From the NCBI GenBank assembly GCA_052139735.1, contig JBKQWB010000003.1, positions 27,528 through 91,527 on the forward strand: 64,000 bases of DNA, given 5' to 3'. The stretch's first letter is position 1. Every line of letters begins with the position of its first letter. The DNA is from Smithella sp. Lineage in GTDB: Bacteria > Desulfobacterota > Syntrophia > Syntrophales > Smithellaceae. Made by a program: the position numbers and the translations under genes. Below are positions 43,171 to 55,059 of the stretch, piece after piece. The notes under the pieces are model-generated. The model was not told the DNA's origin, searched no databases, and saw nothing but the letters and a program-made list of their open reading frames with translations.

Positions 43171-43470
43171 TTATTTAACATAAACCGGTTTCCCGTTTAT
43201 TTTATTTCCTCCTTTTTCGAGTTTGCTGATAATTGTATCAAGGGCGGTGATTTTGTCATCAAAAGTTATTGTTAACAAATCCTTGTTCCCGAATTGATAT
43301 TTTATTACGCCTTTGGTTTCTTTCAGGATAGCACCTATCCTGTGTGAAGCGCCTCAAGCGGCACAACCGGGGACGGTTAACTGAACAATTCTTTCTTCAG
43401 CCACAGCCACACTTAAAAAAGCCGCAAGTATTGTTAAAATTATAAATGTAAAAAATGTTTTTTTCATCAT
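43171..43470 (-). CDS. Candidate selenoprotein: secreted MerP/HMA-like metal-binding protein with in-frame UGA (codon 39, 43354-43356)
   Basis: Hand translation gives MMKKTFFTFIILTILAAFLSVAVAEERIVQLTVPGCAA[UGA]GASHRIGAILKETKGVIKYQFGNKDLLTITFDDKITALDTIISKLEKGGNKINGKPVYVK. It has a signal peptide, an HMA-type beta-alpha-beta-beta-alpha-beta pattern, and the UGA exactly where the second Cys of GMTCxxC sits. GGAG lies upstream of the ATGs. selC is present in the same window. Confidence 0.6.
43324..43342 (-). promoter_or_regulatory. SECIS-like hairpin downstream of the in-frame UGA
   Basis: RNA reads UGA-GGCGCUUCACA-CAGGAUAG-GUG-CUAUCCUG: a perfect 8-bp stem starting 11 nt after the UGA, with a G/U-containing apical loop. 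UUC/GAA flanks could extend it across an internal loop. Confidence 0.5.
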
Positions 43471-43601
43471 CCGCTCCATGAATGCTTTTTGTTTTATATT
43501 AACAACAATCTTTATCGAAATGCAATTATAATTTACAATTGACAGGCATCCTTAAATTTGTGATAGACAACAATAATATTGTCGAAAAGATATAAGAAAC
43601 T

Positions 43602-44195
43602 ATGTCTATTACTTCCAAAGATTTATTTGTTCTGGCATCCGAGTCGCCGCGCAGGCGGGATATTCTTGAATCCGTCGGTTTGAAATTCAAAATAGTTCCG
43701 GCTTACGTCAATGAAGATTATCTTGCCGGCGAAAGTCCGCAGGAGCATGTAAAAAGGCTCGCGCGTGATAAGGCGATGGTTATTGCCTCAAAATATCCCG
43801 AAGCGTGGGTACTGGGCGCCGATACAATTGTCGTAATTGATGGGATTATCCTAGGCAAACCTAAAGACAAAGCACAGGCAAAGAAGATGCTGAAAAGGCT
43901 CAGTGGTCGTGAACATAAAGTCTTTACAGGTTTTTCCATTACTCGTATTGCTTCCAAAGTTTTTCAGACAAAAGTTATTCAATCCGCCGTGAGGTTTAAA
44001 ACGATAAGTCCTGAAGAATTGGTCTGGTATCTTGCTTGTGATGAACCATATGATAAAGCCGGCGGATATGCTATACAGGGAAGGGGCGCATATTTTATCC
44101 AATCGATTCGCGGATCTTATACAAACGTGATCGGATTGCCGCTTTGCGAAGTTTTGGAAACATTAAAAAAATTTAAAGCAATCAATTTTCAATAA
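43602..44195 (+). CDS. maf: Maf-family nucleoside triphosphate pyrophosphatase
   Basis: 197-aa ORF (LASESPRRRDIL, GADTIVVIDG, DKAGGYAIQG). Confidence 0.92.
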   Translation: MSITSKDLFVLASESPRRRDILESVGLKFKIVPAYVNEDYLAGESPQEHVKRLARDKAMVIASKYPEAWVLGADTIVVIDGIILGKPKDKAQAKKMLKRLSGREHKVFTGFSITRIASKVFQTKVIQSAVRFKTISPEELVWYLACDEPYDKAGGYAIQGRGAYFIQSIRGSYTNVIGLPLCEVLETLKKFKAINFQ

Positions 44196-44266
44196 ATTCC
44201 GTTAGAAAGTTTTTGATCTTGAAACGGAATTTATCCGACGGGACTTTCTAACAGAGTAAACTTTAT

Positions 44267-44959
44267 ATGGAAGCAGATATTACCGCTAACATAAATAAGA
44301 TTAAACAACGGATAGCCGCAGCTGCCGCAAGATGCGATCGCACTCCCGAGTCCATTAAACTTTTAGCAGTGACCAAAACAGTCTCCATCCCTGCCATTGA
44401 ACAGGCCATTGAAGCGGGCATAACAGCGCTGGGAGAAAATTATGTTCAGGAAGCAAAAGAGAAAATTGCCGTTATCGGACAACGCGTTTCGTGGCACATG
44501 ATCGGACACCTTCAAACCAATAAAGCAAAATATACCGTAAATCTCTTCGATTACATCCATTCCGTAGATCGTCTGGAACTGGCTGCGGAAATAAACAAAA
44601 GAGCCAGCCTGATCGCCCGTAAAATAAACATTTTGATTGAAATCAATGTAAGTGGTGAAAAAACAAAAAATGGCATAACGGCGCTTGAAGCTATTGAATT
44701 AATTAAAAATGTCTCCATGCTGGAAAGCGTTTCGGTGAAAGGATTAATGACGATGGCGCCTTATTCCACCAATCCCGAAAATTCCCGCCCGTATTTTTCC
44801 GAACTTAGAAATCTTCGCAACAAAATCATAAGCGAGGGAATTACCAATATTCAGATGGAAGAGCTTTCCATGGGCATGACCGATGATTTTGAAATCGCTA
44901 TTGAAGAAGGAGCAACCATTGTACGTATCGGCAGGGCAATTTTCGGACAGAGGAAATAA
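44267..44959 (+). CDS. yggS: YggS-family pyridoxal-phosphate homeostasis protein
   Basis: 230-aa ORF ([37 protein letters not shown]). Confidence 0.92.
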   Translation: MEADITANINKIKQRIAAAAARCDRTPESIKLLAVTKTVSIPAIEQAIEAGITALGENYVQEAKEKIAVIGQRVSWHMIGHLQTNKAKYTVNLFDYIHSVDRLELAAEINKRASLIARKINILIEINVSGEKTKNGITALEAIELIKNVSMLESVSVKGLMTMAPYSTNPENSRPYFSELRNLRNKIISEGITNIQMEELSMGMTDDFEIAIEEGATIVRIGRAIFGQRK

Positions 44960-45010
44960 TTAAAGAAGTTAATTTGGAAAGCGCATGGTAGTTGTTTCTT
45001 AATTTTTAAT

Positions 45011-46162
45011 TCAATTAATGCTGTCTTTAGCGGTCCTTTTATAAATCTTTAAGCAGGCGTCCACAACTGAAGGATCATATGTTACTCCTCTGAATTTTGT
45101 TATTTCTTCAATCGCCGCGTCAACCCCTAAAGCCGGCCGGTAAGGCCGATAGGAAGCCATAGCATCAATAACGTCCGCGACCCCAATAATTCGGGCTTCC
45201 AACGCAATATCGTCTCCCTTTAAACCTCGGGGATAACCTGAACCATCCATTCTTTCATGGTGTTGATAAATAATCTCTGCCACCGGATAGGGAAACTCGA
45301 TATTTGCAAGAATATCATTGGCAACTTTACAATGCGTCTTGATTATTTCCCTTTCCAGATTAGTTAAAATGCTGGGTTTGGTCAATATTTCTGAAGGTAC
45401 GGATATTTTACCTATATCATGCAGAGTGGCGGAAATATAAATGGACGAGACCTGCTCTTCAGTCAATTTCATTTCTTTGGCAATCCTGCAGGCAATCTTT
45501 GCTACCTGATCCTCATGCCCTGATGTATAAGGATCTCTTGTTTCTACAATCTTTGACAACGTCTTGACTACACCATCCAAAATTAATTGTGATTTTTTAT
45601 AACTGTCCTTGAGTTTTTCAGTTTGAGCCAGAAGATCATTTGTTCTATCGTTAGCTTTTTCTTCAAGTGTTTTATTTAATTTAATCAACTCTTGATTTTT
45701 AATCTTTATTAATTCAACAAGACGTTTATTTTCCGCTAATATTTCAACTTTGGAAAGTGATTGCTTGATATGAAGTAGTATTTCTTCTTCACGCCATGGT
45801 TTTGTGAAATAAAGATGAACCCCGCCTTTGTTAATGGCGTCAATTATAGCATCTGAATCGGCATACCCCGTCAAAAGTATACGGACGGCATCCGGAAAAA
45901 TATCCTTGGCTTGAGCAAAAAATTGAACACCACTCATCTCCGGCATTCTTTGATCGGAAACAATAACGGAATAAGGCTTTTGAGCCGTGCGCAGTTTATT
46001 CAGCCCTTCCGAACCATTATTCACAGTGTGGACTTCATAATCTTCATCGGCTAAAATGCGCTGAAAAGAATTAAGGATAGACTCCTCATCATCGACAATT
46101 AATATTGAATGTTTATATTGTGAATCTTTCGACAGTTCAAGATCCTTTCTGACATGCATCAT
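45011..46162 (-). CDS. Response regulator with HD-GYP domain (RpfG-like)
   Basis: REC ([14 protein letters not shown]...DQRMPEMSG), a coiled-coil linker, and HD-GYP motifs ([16 protein letters not shown]). Confidence 0.9.
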   Translation of the reverse strand: MMHVRKDLELSKDSQYKHSILIVDDEESILNSFQRILADEDYEVHTVNNGSEGLNKLRTAQKPYSVIVSDQRMPEMSGVQFFAQAKDIFPDAVRILLTGYADSDAIIDAINKGGVHLYFTKPWREEEILLHIKQSLSKVEILAENKRLVELIKIKNQELIKLNKTLEEKANDRTNDLLAQTEKLKDSYKKSQLILDGVVKTLSKIVETRDPYTSGHEDQVAKIACRIAKEMKLTEEQVSSIYISATLHDIGKISVPSEILTKPSILTNLEREIIKTHCKVANDILANIEFPYPVAEIIYQHHERMDGSGYPRGLKGDDIALEARIIGVADVIDAMASYRPYRPALGVDAAIEEITKFRGVTYDPSVVDACLKIYKRTAKDSIN

Positions 46163-46350
46163 AATAAAATAGCTTTTTATAAGCTTAAATATAAAACTAT
46201 TTTGATGATTATGTCAAGACGTCATTTGTTACTGAATAAGAATTATGAACATTTATCTTTATTATTTTTCAGCAATTATACTTAAAAAAATATTTTGGAA
46301 ATTTGCAAACGTTTACGATAGATTTAACATGCAAAAAAACAAAAATGCTC

Positions 46351-49164
46351 TCAGACGGAAATAATTTTCCGCAAAAATTGACCTGTTGAAGATTTTTCTT
46401 CCTGTGCTACTTTTTCCACAGTGCCTGAAGCAACAATTTCACCGCCACCGGAACCGCCTTCCGGTCCGAGATCAATTACATAATCAGCACACTTAATTAT
46501 ATCTAAATTGTGTTCTATTACGACCATTGTATTCCCCATATCCACCAGTCGCATTAAAACATCCAGCAATTTTTGAATATCCGCGAAATGCAATCCAATG
46601 GTAGGTTCATCTAAAATATAAAGAGTATTGCTGTTTGTTTTCTTACCCAGTTCCCGAGCCAGTTTTATCCTTTGCGCTTCCCCACCGGAGAGAGTAGTCG
46701 CGGACTGCCCCAGATGAATGTAGCCCAAACCAACATCGTTCAACAATTGCAAATGCGATTTAATTGAAGGAATATTGGAAAAAAATACCAGCGCCTGATT
46801 GACCGTCATGTCTAAAATCTCGGCAATATTCTTGTCCTTATATTTAATATCCAGCGTATCGGAATTAAATCGTTTGCCGTGACAAACATCGCAAGTCACA
46901 TAGACATCGGGCAAAAAATGCATTTCAATCTTTATCAAACCATTACCTTCACAAGCCTCGCAGCGTCCGCCTTTCACGTTAAAGCTGAACCGCCCCGGCT
47001 TATATCCGCGCATCCTTGCTTCGGAAAGATTGGTAAATAAATCCCTGATATAAGAAAAGATTCCCGTATAAGTTACCGGATTGGATCGCGGCGTACGGCC
47101 AATGGGATGCTGATTAATCATTATGACACGTTCAATATCTCCCAAATCTACCACCCTCTTAATTTTTCCCATTGATCCGGTATGCTGGTTCAAACGGCGC
47201 GCCAATACTTTATAAAGAGTTTCAATGATCATTGTGCTTTTACCAGAACCTGATACGCCGGTTACCGCAGTAAATACTCCTACAGGTATTTTAATATCAA
47301 TATTCTTGAGGTTATTTTCACTGGCCCCCTCTAAAATAATATGTCTTTTCGGAATTGACCGTCTTTTTGACGGCAGCGCGATGGACTCTTTCCCCGATAA
47401 ATATCTGCCTGTGAGCGACTGATCGCTTTGCAGGATTTCCCCGGGAGTTCCCTGAAAAACTATTTCTCCCCCCTGTGTTCCGGCACCCGGACCTATATCC
47501 ACAATATGATCGCAGGCAAGCATCATATCGGCATCATGCTCCACAACCAGCACGGTATTGCCCATATCGCGCAGCTTTTTTAAAGTATCAATCAGGCGAA
47601 GATTATCTTTCTGATGCAGTCCAACAGTGGGCTCATCAAGCACATACAAAACCCCCATTAATCCGGAACCAATTTGTGTGGCCAGCCGGATTCGCTGACT
47701 TTCCCCTCCCGATAAAGATGATGTGGATCTCTCCAAAGTCAGATAATCCATGCCGACGTTCAGCAAAAATTGAAGTCGGCTTTTAATTTCCCTGATAATT
47801 CTTTCGGTAATATTTTTTTCCTGCGGTGATAGTTCCAGTTGGTCGAAAAAATTAAAACAGTCGCGGATGGACATTTGGCAAAGCTCGTAGATATTCTTGC
47901 CCATAACTGTAACAGCAAGTGTTTCTTTTTTTAAACGCGCTCCGTGACAAGTATCGCAAGCGCTTAAATCGTTGTAACGCATCAAATCATTACGCACTGC
48001 TGTCGAAGCTGTTTCTTTCCAGCGGCGTTCCAGTTGTTTGATTACTCCTTCAAATGGCCGGTGAGCAAAGTATCTTTTATTTGAACGATCATGATAAAAT
48101 TTAATGTTTTCGTTGCCTGATCCGTAAAGAAGAACTTTTTGAATTTTTTCCGGCAATTTATTAAATGGCGTGTTAACATCAAATCCATAATGGGTGCTTA
48201 GCGCGTCCAAAATATTATAATAATAAAGAGAGTTTCTGCCCGCCCAGGGAGCGATAGCGCCCTCCCTCAAAGACAATCCCGCGTCCGGCACAACCAGATA
48301 TTCCGTAAAGCGCATACAGGAACCAAGACCATTGCAATCAGAACATGCGCCATAGGGACTGTTAAAGGAAAACATACGGGGGGTGAGCGCGGGTATACTT
48401 ATTCCACAGTCAGGACAGGCATATTTTTCGCTGAAAAGCATTTCTTCACCATTGACAAGAACTATGCGCACGAGCCCTTCAGCGCGACTGGCGGCAATTT
48501 CCAGGGAATCGCGTAATCTTTTTCTCACACCTTCTTTTAACACCAGACGGTCAACGACAAGATCAATATCATGGCGCTTATTCTTTTCCGGAACAATATC
48601 TTCTGCCAGATCACAAATTTTTCCGTCAATCCGAACACGTGCAAATCCTTCTTTCTGAAGTTTTTTTAATTCTTTCTGAAATTCACCTTTTTTCCCGCGC
48701 ACAAGTGGCGCCATAATGCTAAATGACGTATTCGCCGGAAGAGAAAGAACACTCTCCAGAATACTATCTATCGTTTGCGATTTAATAATGCGTCCACAGC
48801 GGTAGCAATGATAAACGCCTATAGCGGCGTAGAGGAGACGGAAGTAGTCGTATATTTCAGTGACTGTACCTACTGTTGAACGCGGATTATGGCTGGCTGT
48901 GCGCTGCTCTATAGCTATAGCGGGCGATAAGCCTTCTATTGATTCCACATTCGGCTTATCCATCTGTCCGATAAACTGACGCGCGTAAGTGGAAAGTGAT
49001 TCAACATATCGCCTTTGACCTTCAGCATAGATAGTATCAAAAGCGAGCGATGACTTGCCCGAACCACTCACACCTGTAATGATGACAAACTTATCTCGAG
49101 GTATATCTAAACTTATGTTTTTTAAATTATGCTGAGAGGCCCCTCTGATTCTTATTGTGTCCAT
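46351..49164 (-). CDS. uvrA: Excinuclease ABC subunit A
   Basis: 937-aa ORF with two ABC ATPase modules ([34 protein letters not shown]) and zinc-finger Cys pairs. Confidence 0.98.
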   Translation of the reverse strand: MDTIRIRGASQHNLKNISLDIPRDKFVIITGVSGSGKSSLAFDTIYAEGQRRYVESLSTYARQFIGQMDKPNVESIEGLSPAIAIEQRTASHNPRSTVGTVTEIYDYFRLLYAAIGVYHCYRCGRIIKSQTIDSILESVLSLPANTSFSIMAPLVRGKKGEFQKELKKLQKEGFARVRIDGKICDLAEDIVPEKNKRHDIDLVVDRLVLKEGVRKRLRDSLEIAASRAEGLVRIVLVNGEEMLFSEKYACPDCGISIPALTPRMFSFNSPYGACSDCNGLGSCMRFTEYLVVPDAGLSLREGAIAPWAGRNSLYYYNILDALSTHYGFDVNTPFNKLPEKIQKVLLYGSGNENIKFYHDRSNKRYFAHRPFEGVIKQLERRWKETASTAVRNDLMRYNDLSACDTCHGARLKKETLAVTVMGKNIYELCQMSIRDCFNFFDQLELSPQEKNITERIIREIKSRLQFLLNVGMDYLTLERSTSSLSGGESQRIRLATQIGSGLMGVLYVLDEPTVGLHQKDNLRLIDTLKKLRDMGNTVLVVEHDADMMLACDHIVDIGPGAGTQGGEIVFQGTPGEILQSDQSLTGRYLSGKESIALPSKRRSIPKRHIILEGASENNLKNIDIKIPVGVFTAVTGVSGSGKSTMIIETLYKVLARRLNQHTGSMGKIKRVVDLGDIERVIMINQHPIGRTPRSNPVTYTGIFSYIRDLFTNLSEARMRGYKPGRFSFNVKGGRCEACEGNGLIKIEMHFLPDVYVTCDVCHGKRFNSDTLDIKYKDKNIAEILDMTVNQALVFFSNIPSIKSHLQLLNDVGLGYIHLGQSATTLSGGEAQRIKLARELGKKTNSNTLYILDEPTIGLHFADIQKLLDVLMRLVDMGNTMVVIEHNLDIIKCADYVIDLGPEGGSGGGEIVASGTVEKVAQEEKSSTGQFLRKIISV

Positions 49165-49185
49165 ATTTTTACTTCTATAACTTTT

Positions 49186-50160
49186 TTATAATCTTGTTTC
49201 GATGTGCGACTTAGCTCGAATGGAAGACATCCATTCATCAAATTTCTTATCCAATTTTTCATCTTCAATTTTTGTCTTTACTTCTTCCCGCACCATGGCA
49301 ATCGGTTTCAATCCGGCACCTTTTTTATCAACCACCTTAATGATATGAAATCCTAAACTTGATTCAATTACTTCACTTACCTGATCCAGGGGAAGGCTAA
49401 AGGCCGCTGCTTCAACTTCCGGAATAATTGTTCCTTTTTCGATAAATCCAACATCACCGCCCTGCGCTGCTGCCGGTCCCTGAGAATATTTCGCAGTCAG
49501 TAAATCAAAAGATTCCCCGTTCATAATAAGTCCGCGCAAGCGCAGAGCTTCATTTTTTATTTTCATTTTTGTAGTTTTATCCGCGCCGGGAGGCAGCAAC
49601 AGCAAAAGTTGTTTCATCCTCACGCTTTCCTTGCCTTCATATTCCTCGCGGTGTTTGTTATAATATTCGCCAATTTCCTCATCACTTACAAGTACTTTGT
49701 CTTTTACTTCCCGTCGAAGCAGCCGCATACGAACCAACTGCGACCTTATCTCTTTTTTAACAGATTCAATGGAGTTGCCCTCCTTATCAAGATTTTTCAA
49801 AAAATCTTGCATACTCAATTTTTGCTTAGTCATTACGTCCTGAATCACCACCATAACATCCGCATCCTTGACGGTGGCGCTAATACCCGTTTTTTTTGCC
49901 TCTTGTTCGATCAGCAGGCCATCGATCATTCGCTGAAATAAGGTATCTTTCGTCTGTTTTAATACAGCCTCTTTATCATTGCCTTTATAAGTATTTTCGA
50001 TGTTTTTCCGATAAGGTTCAAATGCCGCGTTAAATTCGGAAAGCGTTATTACATCATCATTTACCACAGCAATAATTTTATCCACTACCTCGGCATAAGC
50101 CGGCACGCACAAGAGTATTACACTCCATGAAATCAGAATAAACTTTTTGTAAAACTTCAC
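49186..50160 (-). CDS. SurA-like periplasmic chaperone / parvulin peptidyl-prolyl isomerase
   Basis: Signal peptide, SurA_N-like region, and a PpiC domain (GGDVGFIEKG...GFHIIKV). Confidence 0.85.
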   Translation of the reverse strand: MKFYKKFILISWSVILLCVPAYAEVVDKIIAVVNDDVITLSEFNAAFEPYRKNIENTYKGNDKEAVLKQTKDTLFQRMIDGLLIEQEAKKTGISATVKDADVMVVIQDVMTKQKLSMQDFLKNLDKEGNSIESVKKEIRSQLVRMRLLRREVKDKVLVSDEEIGEYYNKHREEYEGKESVRMKQLLLLLPPGADKTTKMKIKNEALRLRGLIMNGESFDLLTAKYSQGPAAAQGGDVGFIEKGTIIPEVEAAAFSLPLDQVSEVIESSLGFHIIKVVDKKGAGLKPIAMVREEVKTKIEDEKLDKKFDEWMSSIRAKSHIETRL

Positions 50161-50186
50161 AACGATTCCTCCCTTGTTTAATTTTA

Positions 50187-51188
50187 CTAATTTACTTTCT
50201 TTAACTTTATATTGGTTTGTTTTTTTATTACTGCTTTTTTCTTTAAATCTTCCAGCCAGCTTATAAAAGCCGCATCTTCTTTTTGCAGCATGATATCGGC
50301 AATCACATCTTCCCGGACATCCGTAAAATTTCCGGCTCTTGCCGGTTGAATCTCCAAGACTTTAAAAATGTGAAATCCATAAGAACTTTGCACGATCGGA
50401 CTTATCTCATTAATCTGCATTTTGAAAATAGTTTTATCCAGGGGTTCCGGCATTACCCGTCTGGTAACAAATCCCAGATCTCCACCATGGTGAGCTTCCG
50501 GGCCGATGGACATACTGGCGGCCACTTTGGCGAAATCTTCTCCGGCGTTTAATCTTTCCACTGCTTTTTTAGCTGCTGCCAAATCCCGGACAACGATCTG
50601 CGCGACTCTTACGCGGGATTCCTTTTTATAATTATTACGGTGTTCATTAAAATAATCTTTAGCTTCATCATCTGATATTTTAATTTTGGCATTGACATCC
50701 GTTGCGATAAGCTTTTGCAAAAGCATCTCTTTTTTGAAGTCTTCTTTCCAGTTTTCATATTTTACATTTTCCTGCGCAAACTGGCTGGTAAAATCTCCTC
50801 CGTAATCTTTTTTAATTTCCTTGATTTTATTCTCCAACTCGATTTCGCTTATGGATATATTCAACTCCTGCGCCCTCAAATACATTATTTTTTCCGTAAT
50901 CATGTTGTCTAAAACTTCTTCTTCGAATCGTTTCATATATTCCGGTTGAACTAAAATATCTTTGGGCACCATATCCATTTTTTGATCTAACCGGGACTGA
51001 TAATCATCAAGATAAATGTTGGAACCATTAACCGTGGCGACCGAAGGCCGCGAAAAAATATCAATCTTATCGCAGGCAACAATAAAACTCAGCATCAGCA
51101 AACATGGAACAGCGTAACGACTCAGGGCTATCCTCTTTGATGTCCGTGTGATAGAAAAAATATCAAAACGCGATTTCGTAGTAATCAT
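50187..51188 (-). CDS. Parvulin-type peptidyl-prolyl isomerase (PpiD/PrsA-like), membrane or lipid anchored
   Basis: N-terminal hydrophobic segment ending ...FIVAC, and a PpiC domain (GGDLGFVTRR...YGFHIFKVLE). Confidence 0.85.
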   Translation of the reverse strand: MITTKSRFDIFSITRTSKRIALSRYAVPCLLMLSFIVACDKIDIFSRPSVATVNGSNIYLDDYQSRLDQKMDMVPKDILVQPEYMKRFEEEVLDNMITEKIMYLRAQELNISISEIELENKIKEIKKDYGGDFTSQFAQENVKYENWKEDFKKEMLLQKLIATDVNAKIKISDDEAKDYFNEHRNNYKKESRVRVAQIVVRDLAAAKKAVERLNAGEDFAKVAASMSIGPEAHHGGDLGFVTRRVMPEPLDKTIFKMQINEISPIVQSSYGFHIFKVLEIQPARAGNFTDVREDVIADIMLQKEDAAFISWLEDLKKKAVIKKQTNIKLKKVN

Positions 51189-51214
51189 AACATTTCATTA
51201 TACCCTGCTTGCAA

Positions 51215-54200
51215 TTATTGGGCAAGCATCTTTAATAACAACATGGCTTGTTCTAATATTTCCTTTCCGTGAATGGCCGGCGCGGGCACATACAATTTAT
51301 AATCCGGCGTAAAACGTAAATTCTTAATTTTCTTGTGATAAAGCGCGATAATCTTTGCGGGATCAACCGGAGAATTATCCCGGAAGAAAATATATAAATA
51401 TTTGCCGTCATAGCCCATCTTTTTACCCTTCAATGGCTTAAGACAATTTCTTATACTGATGACCTGCAAAAGATTACCCACGGATGCGGGCAAATCCCCG
51501 TAACAATCCTGCAGCTCACTTTTAATCTGATTAATGTCTTCATCATTTCCGGCCAGAGAGATTCTTTTATACAAGACCAGCCGTTGATGAACATCCTGAA
51601 CATACTCTTCGGGAATAAAAGCAGAAATTCCCAACTGAATTTCAGGCAGTAATTCCTCTTCACCAATTTCTTCTCCCTTAATTTCACGAACCGTCTTTTC
51701 CATTAATTCGGTATAAAGTTCATAACCAACGGCGGAAATATGACCTGACTGGGAAATGCCTAACAAATTTCCTCCGCCGCGGATTTCCAGATCATTATAC
51801 GCTATCCTGAATCCGGACCCGGGTTCGGAAAATTCTTTAATGACCTGTAATCTTTTCATGGCTTCGCGGGAAAGCATCGCTCCCCGGGGCAATAGCAGGT
51901 AAGCAAAAGCTTCCTGACTGGAACGTCCCACGCGGCCTCGTATCTGATAGAGTTGCGCCAATCCAAACTTTTCGGCGCGGTTAATAATTATTGTATTGGC
52001 GCTGGGAATGTCCAGACCTGAGCCGATAATGGTGGTGCAAACCAGAACGTCACATTCATGCCGGATAAATCCGGTCATAGCTTTTTCAATTTCCGCGGAT
52101 TTCATTTGACCATGGACCACCCCGACTCTCGCCTGTGGTACCAGACGCTGCACAAGACGGGCCATCGAATAAATTGAGCGCACCCGGTCATGAACAAAAA
52201 ATACCTGTCCCCCGCGCGCCAGCTCTTTCTCTATAGCAGCTTTAATCGCGTCCTCATCGAATTCCAGCACATACGTTTTTATGGACACACGATCTTCCGG
52301 CGGCGTATTAATAATTGATAAATCTCTGATGCCGACAAGCGACAGATGAAGCGTGCGCGGAATCGGTGTTGCCGAGAGCGTGAGTACATCAACGAGCGCG
52401 CGCATTTTTTTTAATTTTTCTTTGTGCGCCACGCCGAAGCGCTGTTCTTCATCAATGATTACCAGCCCCAGATCTTTAAATTCAACGTCTTTTTGGATCA
52501 AGCGATGCGTCCCGACGACAATATCCACTTTTTGATTCTTTACCTCTTCCACAATTTTCTTTTGTTCGGCAGCGCTTTTAAAACGATTCAACACCTCAAC
52601 ACGCACCGGAAAATCCCGGAAACGGCGGGAAAAAGTCTGATAATGTTGTTCTGCCAGAATAGTCGTGGGCACTAAAACGGCAACCTGCTTGCCGTCCATC
52701 ACAGCCCGAAAAGCCGACCTGATTGCGACTTCCGTTTTACCGAAACCGGCATCGCCGCAAATCAACCTGTCCATCGGTTTGGAATCATCCATGTCCAGAT
52801 GAATATCTTCAATCGCTTTGTCCTGATCCGGTGTTTCTTCAAATTCAAAAGTGGAGCAGAATTCCTCGTAAATCCGGTCCGGCGGCGCAAACGATTTTCT
52901 TTCCAGTGCTTCGCGGGCGGCATAAATGGCGACCAGTTCCTCGGCATATTCACGTACTGATTTTTTAACCTTTTCTTTTACCGCTTCCCATGAGGTTCCG
53001 CCCATTTTATCAATCTTCGGCACATAACCGTCGGCTCCGAGATAGCGTTGTATTTTTTCCAGAGAATTAACGGGAATGTAGAGTTTGTCGCCATCCAGAT
53101 ACTCAATGATTAAAAAATCGTTTTCGATCCTGCCCACGGTAATTTTTTTCAATCCGCGATAAATACCGATGCCAAAATCAGTATGAACAATAAAATCGTC
53201 TTCTTTTAAATCACCAAAGGATTTAATAAAGTAACCTTCCCGCGCCGGCCTGAGACGGCGGCGGGGAGCTTTTTTGACAAATATTTCTTCTTCGCTTAAA
53301 AATACCAGCTTCATTGCCGGCACAATAAAACTGGTAGAAATTTCCCCTTCCAGCAAAACAAGTTGAGGATTCCCCTGGCTGCGGTCAATAATTTCGAGAA
53401 CTGAATCCCGGGAAGATGAAATCTGCACCGGCAAATCACAAGACAAAAGCAGATGCTTCATCCGTTGGATGGCTTCCGGAGCCGGACAAAATAAAAAAAT
53501 CAACATGCCTTCGGAAAGCCACAATTTAATTTTTTCCGCGGTCCACCGTAAGGAAGCATCTTCCTTAATCTCACCAGTAAGTAATTCTCCTGTACAAAGA
53601 TATTGGTCAGTTTCAAAAGTCACTGTGGTTGCCGCATCATCTTTTTCCTGGTCTAGATAGAGGCCGGCGAGAGAAATTTGTCCAAACCTGTCCAGACCTG
53701 CCGCGATACGAGTTAGATCGACATAAGTGTTTTCTTTTTCCAGATAAAATTTGCCGCTGTTTTTAGTTTTAAACAACAACTTGTCAATATGAAACCCCGC
53801 ATTCCCGATGGCCTGATTCACGGCCAGCGGATTATCCAGAATGACTAAAGTGCTTTTCGAAAGATAATCAAAAAGACTCGACAATTTATCGCGTGAAAGT
53901 CCGCTGTTACTATCGTATGATTCATAAAACAGCGGTAAAAATATCGGATTGATGGAATTGGTCAAACCGTTCTTCAGGGAATCCACCAGACGGTTGCGAA
54001 TCTCGCGGGGCAGAGAAAGATCGTCGGCACGCCGCCTGATATTTCGGACCGCCAGTTCTAAATTTGAGGGATTGATGATTAACTCACTGGCAGGCCCGAC
54101 TATGAAAGCATCCGCCGAGCTTATGGAACGCTGAGAGGAACCGTCAAACGTCCGGATGGATTCGATATCATCGCCGAACATTTCCAGACGCAGCGGATTA

Positions 54201-54772
54201 TTTTCAGCCGGAGGGAATATATCAATAATGCTGCCCCGGATGCTGAACTCCCCTTTTTCCTCTACCAGGCTTTCTCTTTTATAGCCGCCGGAAATCAGGC
54301 GGGAGCAAAAGTCATCTCTGTTGACAGCATCACCCGCTGAAATGATATGCAGATAATTATTGAATTGGGCAAAAGGCGTCACTTTTTGCATTAAAGCGAT
54401 TACGGAAGTAACCACAATTATTTTTGTTTTTATTTGCAGATTAGTAAGGACTTCCAGGCGGGTTAATTCTTCCTCCTTCTGCAGGGCAAACATGTCGATT
54501 GTCAAAAAATCGAGCGACGGATAATGAAATACGGATTCTTCCCCCAGAAACAAAGACAAATCCCGCGCGAAAGCCGCCGCTTCTTTCTCTTCGGGGCAAA
54601 CAATAAGCAGCGGCCTTTCCAGCCGTTCAAAAAGAAGAGATACTAAAAATGGACGAGCCGCGCCATTAAGTCCGCTGACATCAACCTTTGCCGAACCTTC
54701 ACTGATTTGCCGGATAAGATTATGGAGATGTTCAGTACCTTTATTAATTTTTTTTGTGATAAGTTTTCGCAC
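51215..54772 (-). CDS. mfd: Transcription-repair coupling factor
   Basis: 1185-aa ORF with a CarD-like domain, superfamily-2 helicase motifs ([18 protein letters not shown]) and a TRCF C-terminal domain. GTG start. Confidence 0.97.
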   Translation of the reverse strand: MRKLITKKINKGTEHLHNLIRQISEGSAKVDVSGLNGAARPFLVSLLFERLERPLLIVCPEEKEAAAFARDLSLFLGEESVFHYPSLDFLTIDMFALQKEEELTRLEVLTNLQIKTKIIVVTSVIALMQKVTPFAQFNNYLHIISAGDAVNRDDFCSRLISGGYKRESLVEEKGEFSIRGSIIDIFPPAENNPLRLEMFGDDIESIRTFDGSSQRSISSADAFIVGPASELIINPSNLELAVRNIRRRADDLSLPREIRNRLVDSLKNGLTNSINPIFLPLFYESYDSNSGLSRDKLSSLFDYLSKSTLVILDNPLAVNQAIGNAGFHIDKLLFKTKNSGKFYLEKENTYVDLTRIAAGLDRFGQISLAGLYLDQEKDDAATTVTFETDQYLCTGELLTGEIKEDASLRWTAEKIKLWLSEGMLIFLFCPAPEAIQRMKHLLLSCDLPVQISSSRDSVLEIIDRSQGNPQLVLLEGEISTSFIVPAMKLVFLSEEEIFVKKAPRRRLRPAREGYFIKSFGDLKEDDFIVHTDFGIGIYRGLKKITVGRIENDFLIIEYLDGDKLYIPVNSLEKIQRYLGADGYVPKIDKMGGTSWEAVKEKVKKSVREYAEELVAIYAAREALERKSFAPPDRIYEEFCSTFEFEETPDQDKAIEDIHLDMDDSKPMDRLICGDAGFGKTEVAIRSAFRAVMDGKQVAVLVPTTILAEQHYQTFSRRFRDFPVRVEVLNRFKSAAEQKKIVEEVKNQKVDIVVGTHRLIQKDVEFKDLGLVIIDEEQRFGVAHKEKLKKMRALVDVLTLSATPIPRTLHLSLVGIRDLSIINTPPEDRVSIKTYVLEFDEDAIKAAIEKELARGGQVFFVHDRVRSIYSMARLVQRLVPQARVGVVHGQMKSAEIEKAMTGFIRHECDVLVCTTIIGSGLDIPSANTIIINRAEKFGLAQLYQIRGRVGRSSQEAFAYLLLPRGAMLSREAMKRLQVIKEFSEPGSGFRIAYNDLEIRGGGNLLGISQSGHISAVGYELYTELMEKTVREIKGEEIGEEELLPEIQLGISAFIPEEYVQDVHQRLVLYKRISLAGNDEDINQIKSELQDCYGDLPASVGNLLQVISIRNCLKPLKGKKMGYDGKYLYIFFRDNSPVDPAKIIALYHKKIKNLRFTPDYKLYVPAPAIHGKEILEQAMLLLKMLAQ

Positions 54773-55059
54773 TGATTACAACCAAGCTTTCTTTAAAATA
54801 ACACAACACTAAAACCCATTCTGCCCCATTCTGAATGAAAAACAGCTCTTCAATCCAGAATGGGCCAAAATGGGTAAGTTGAAATGTTATCTAACCTTCT
54901 TCTCCTGATAATTCAATTGAAAATTTCTTTCCCGGAAATTACCATTGAAAATCAATGTCTCCCAATATCTGTTGACATAAGTCTTGTGTTTGGTAAACTT
55001 GGTATAGAGTATAAATACCGTCTCAAAAAATGAAAATATCCTCGATATTTTATTGCATA

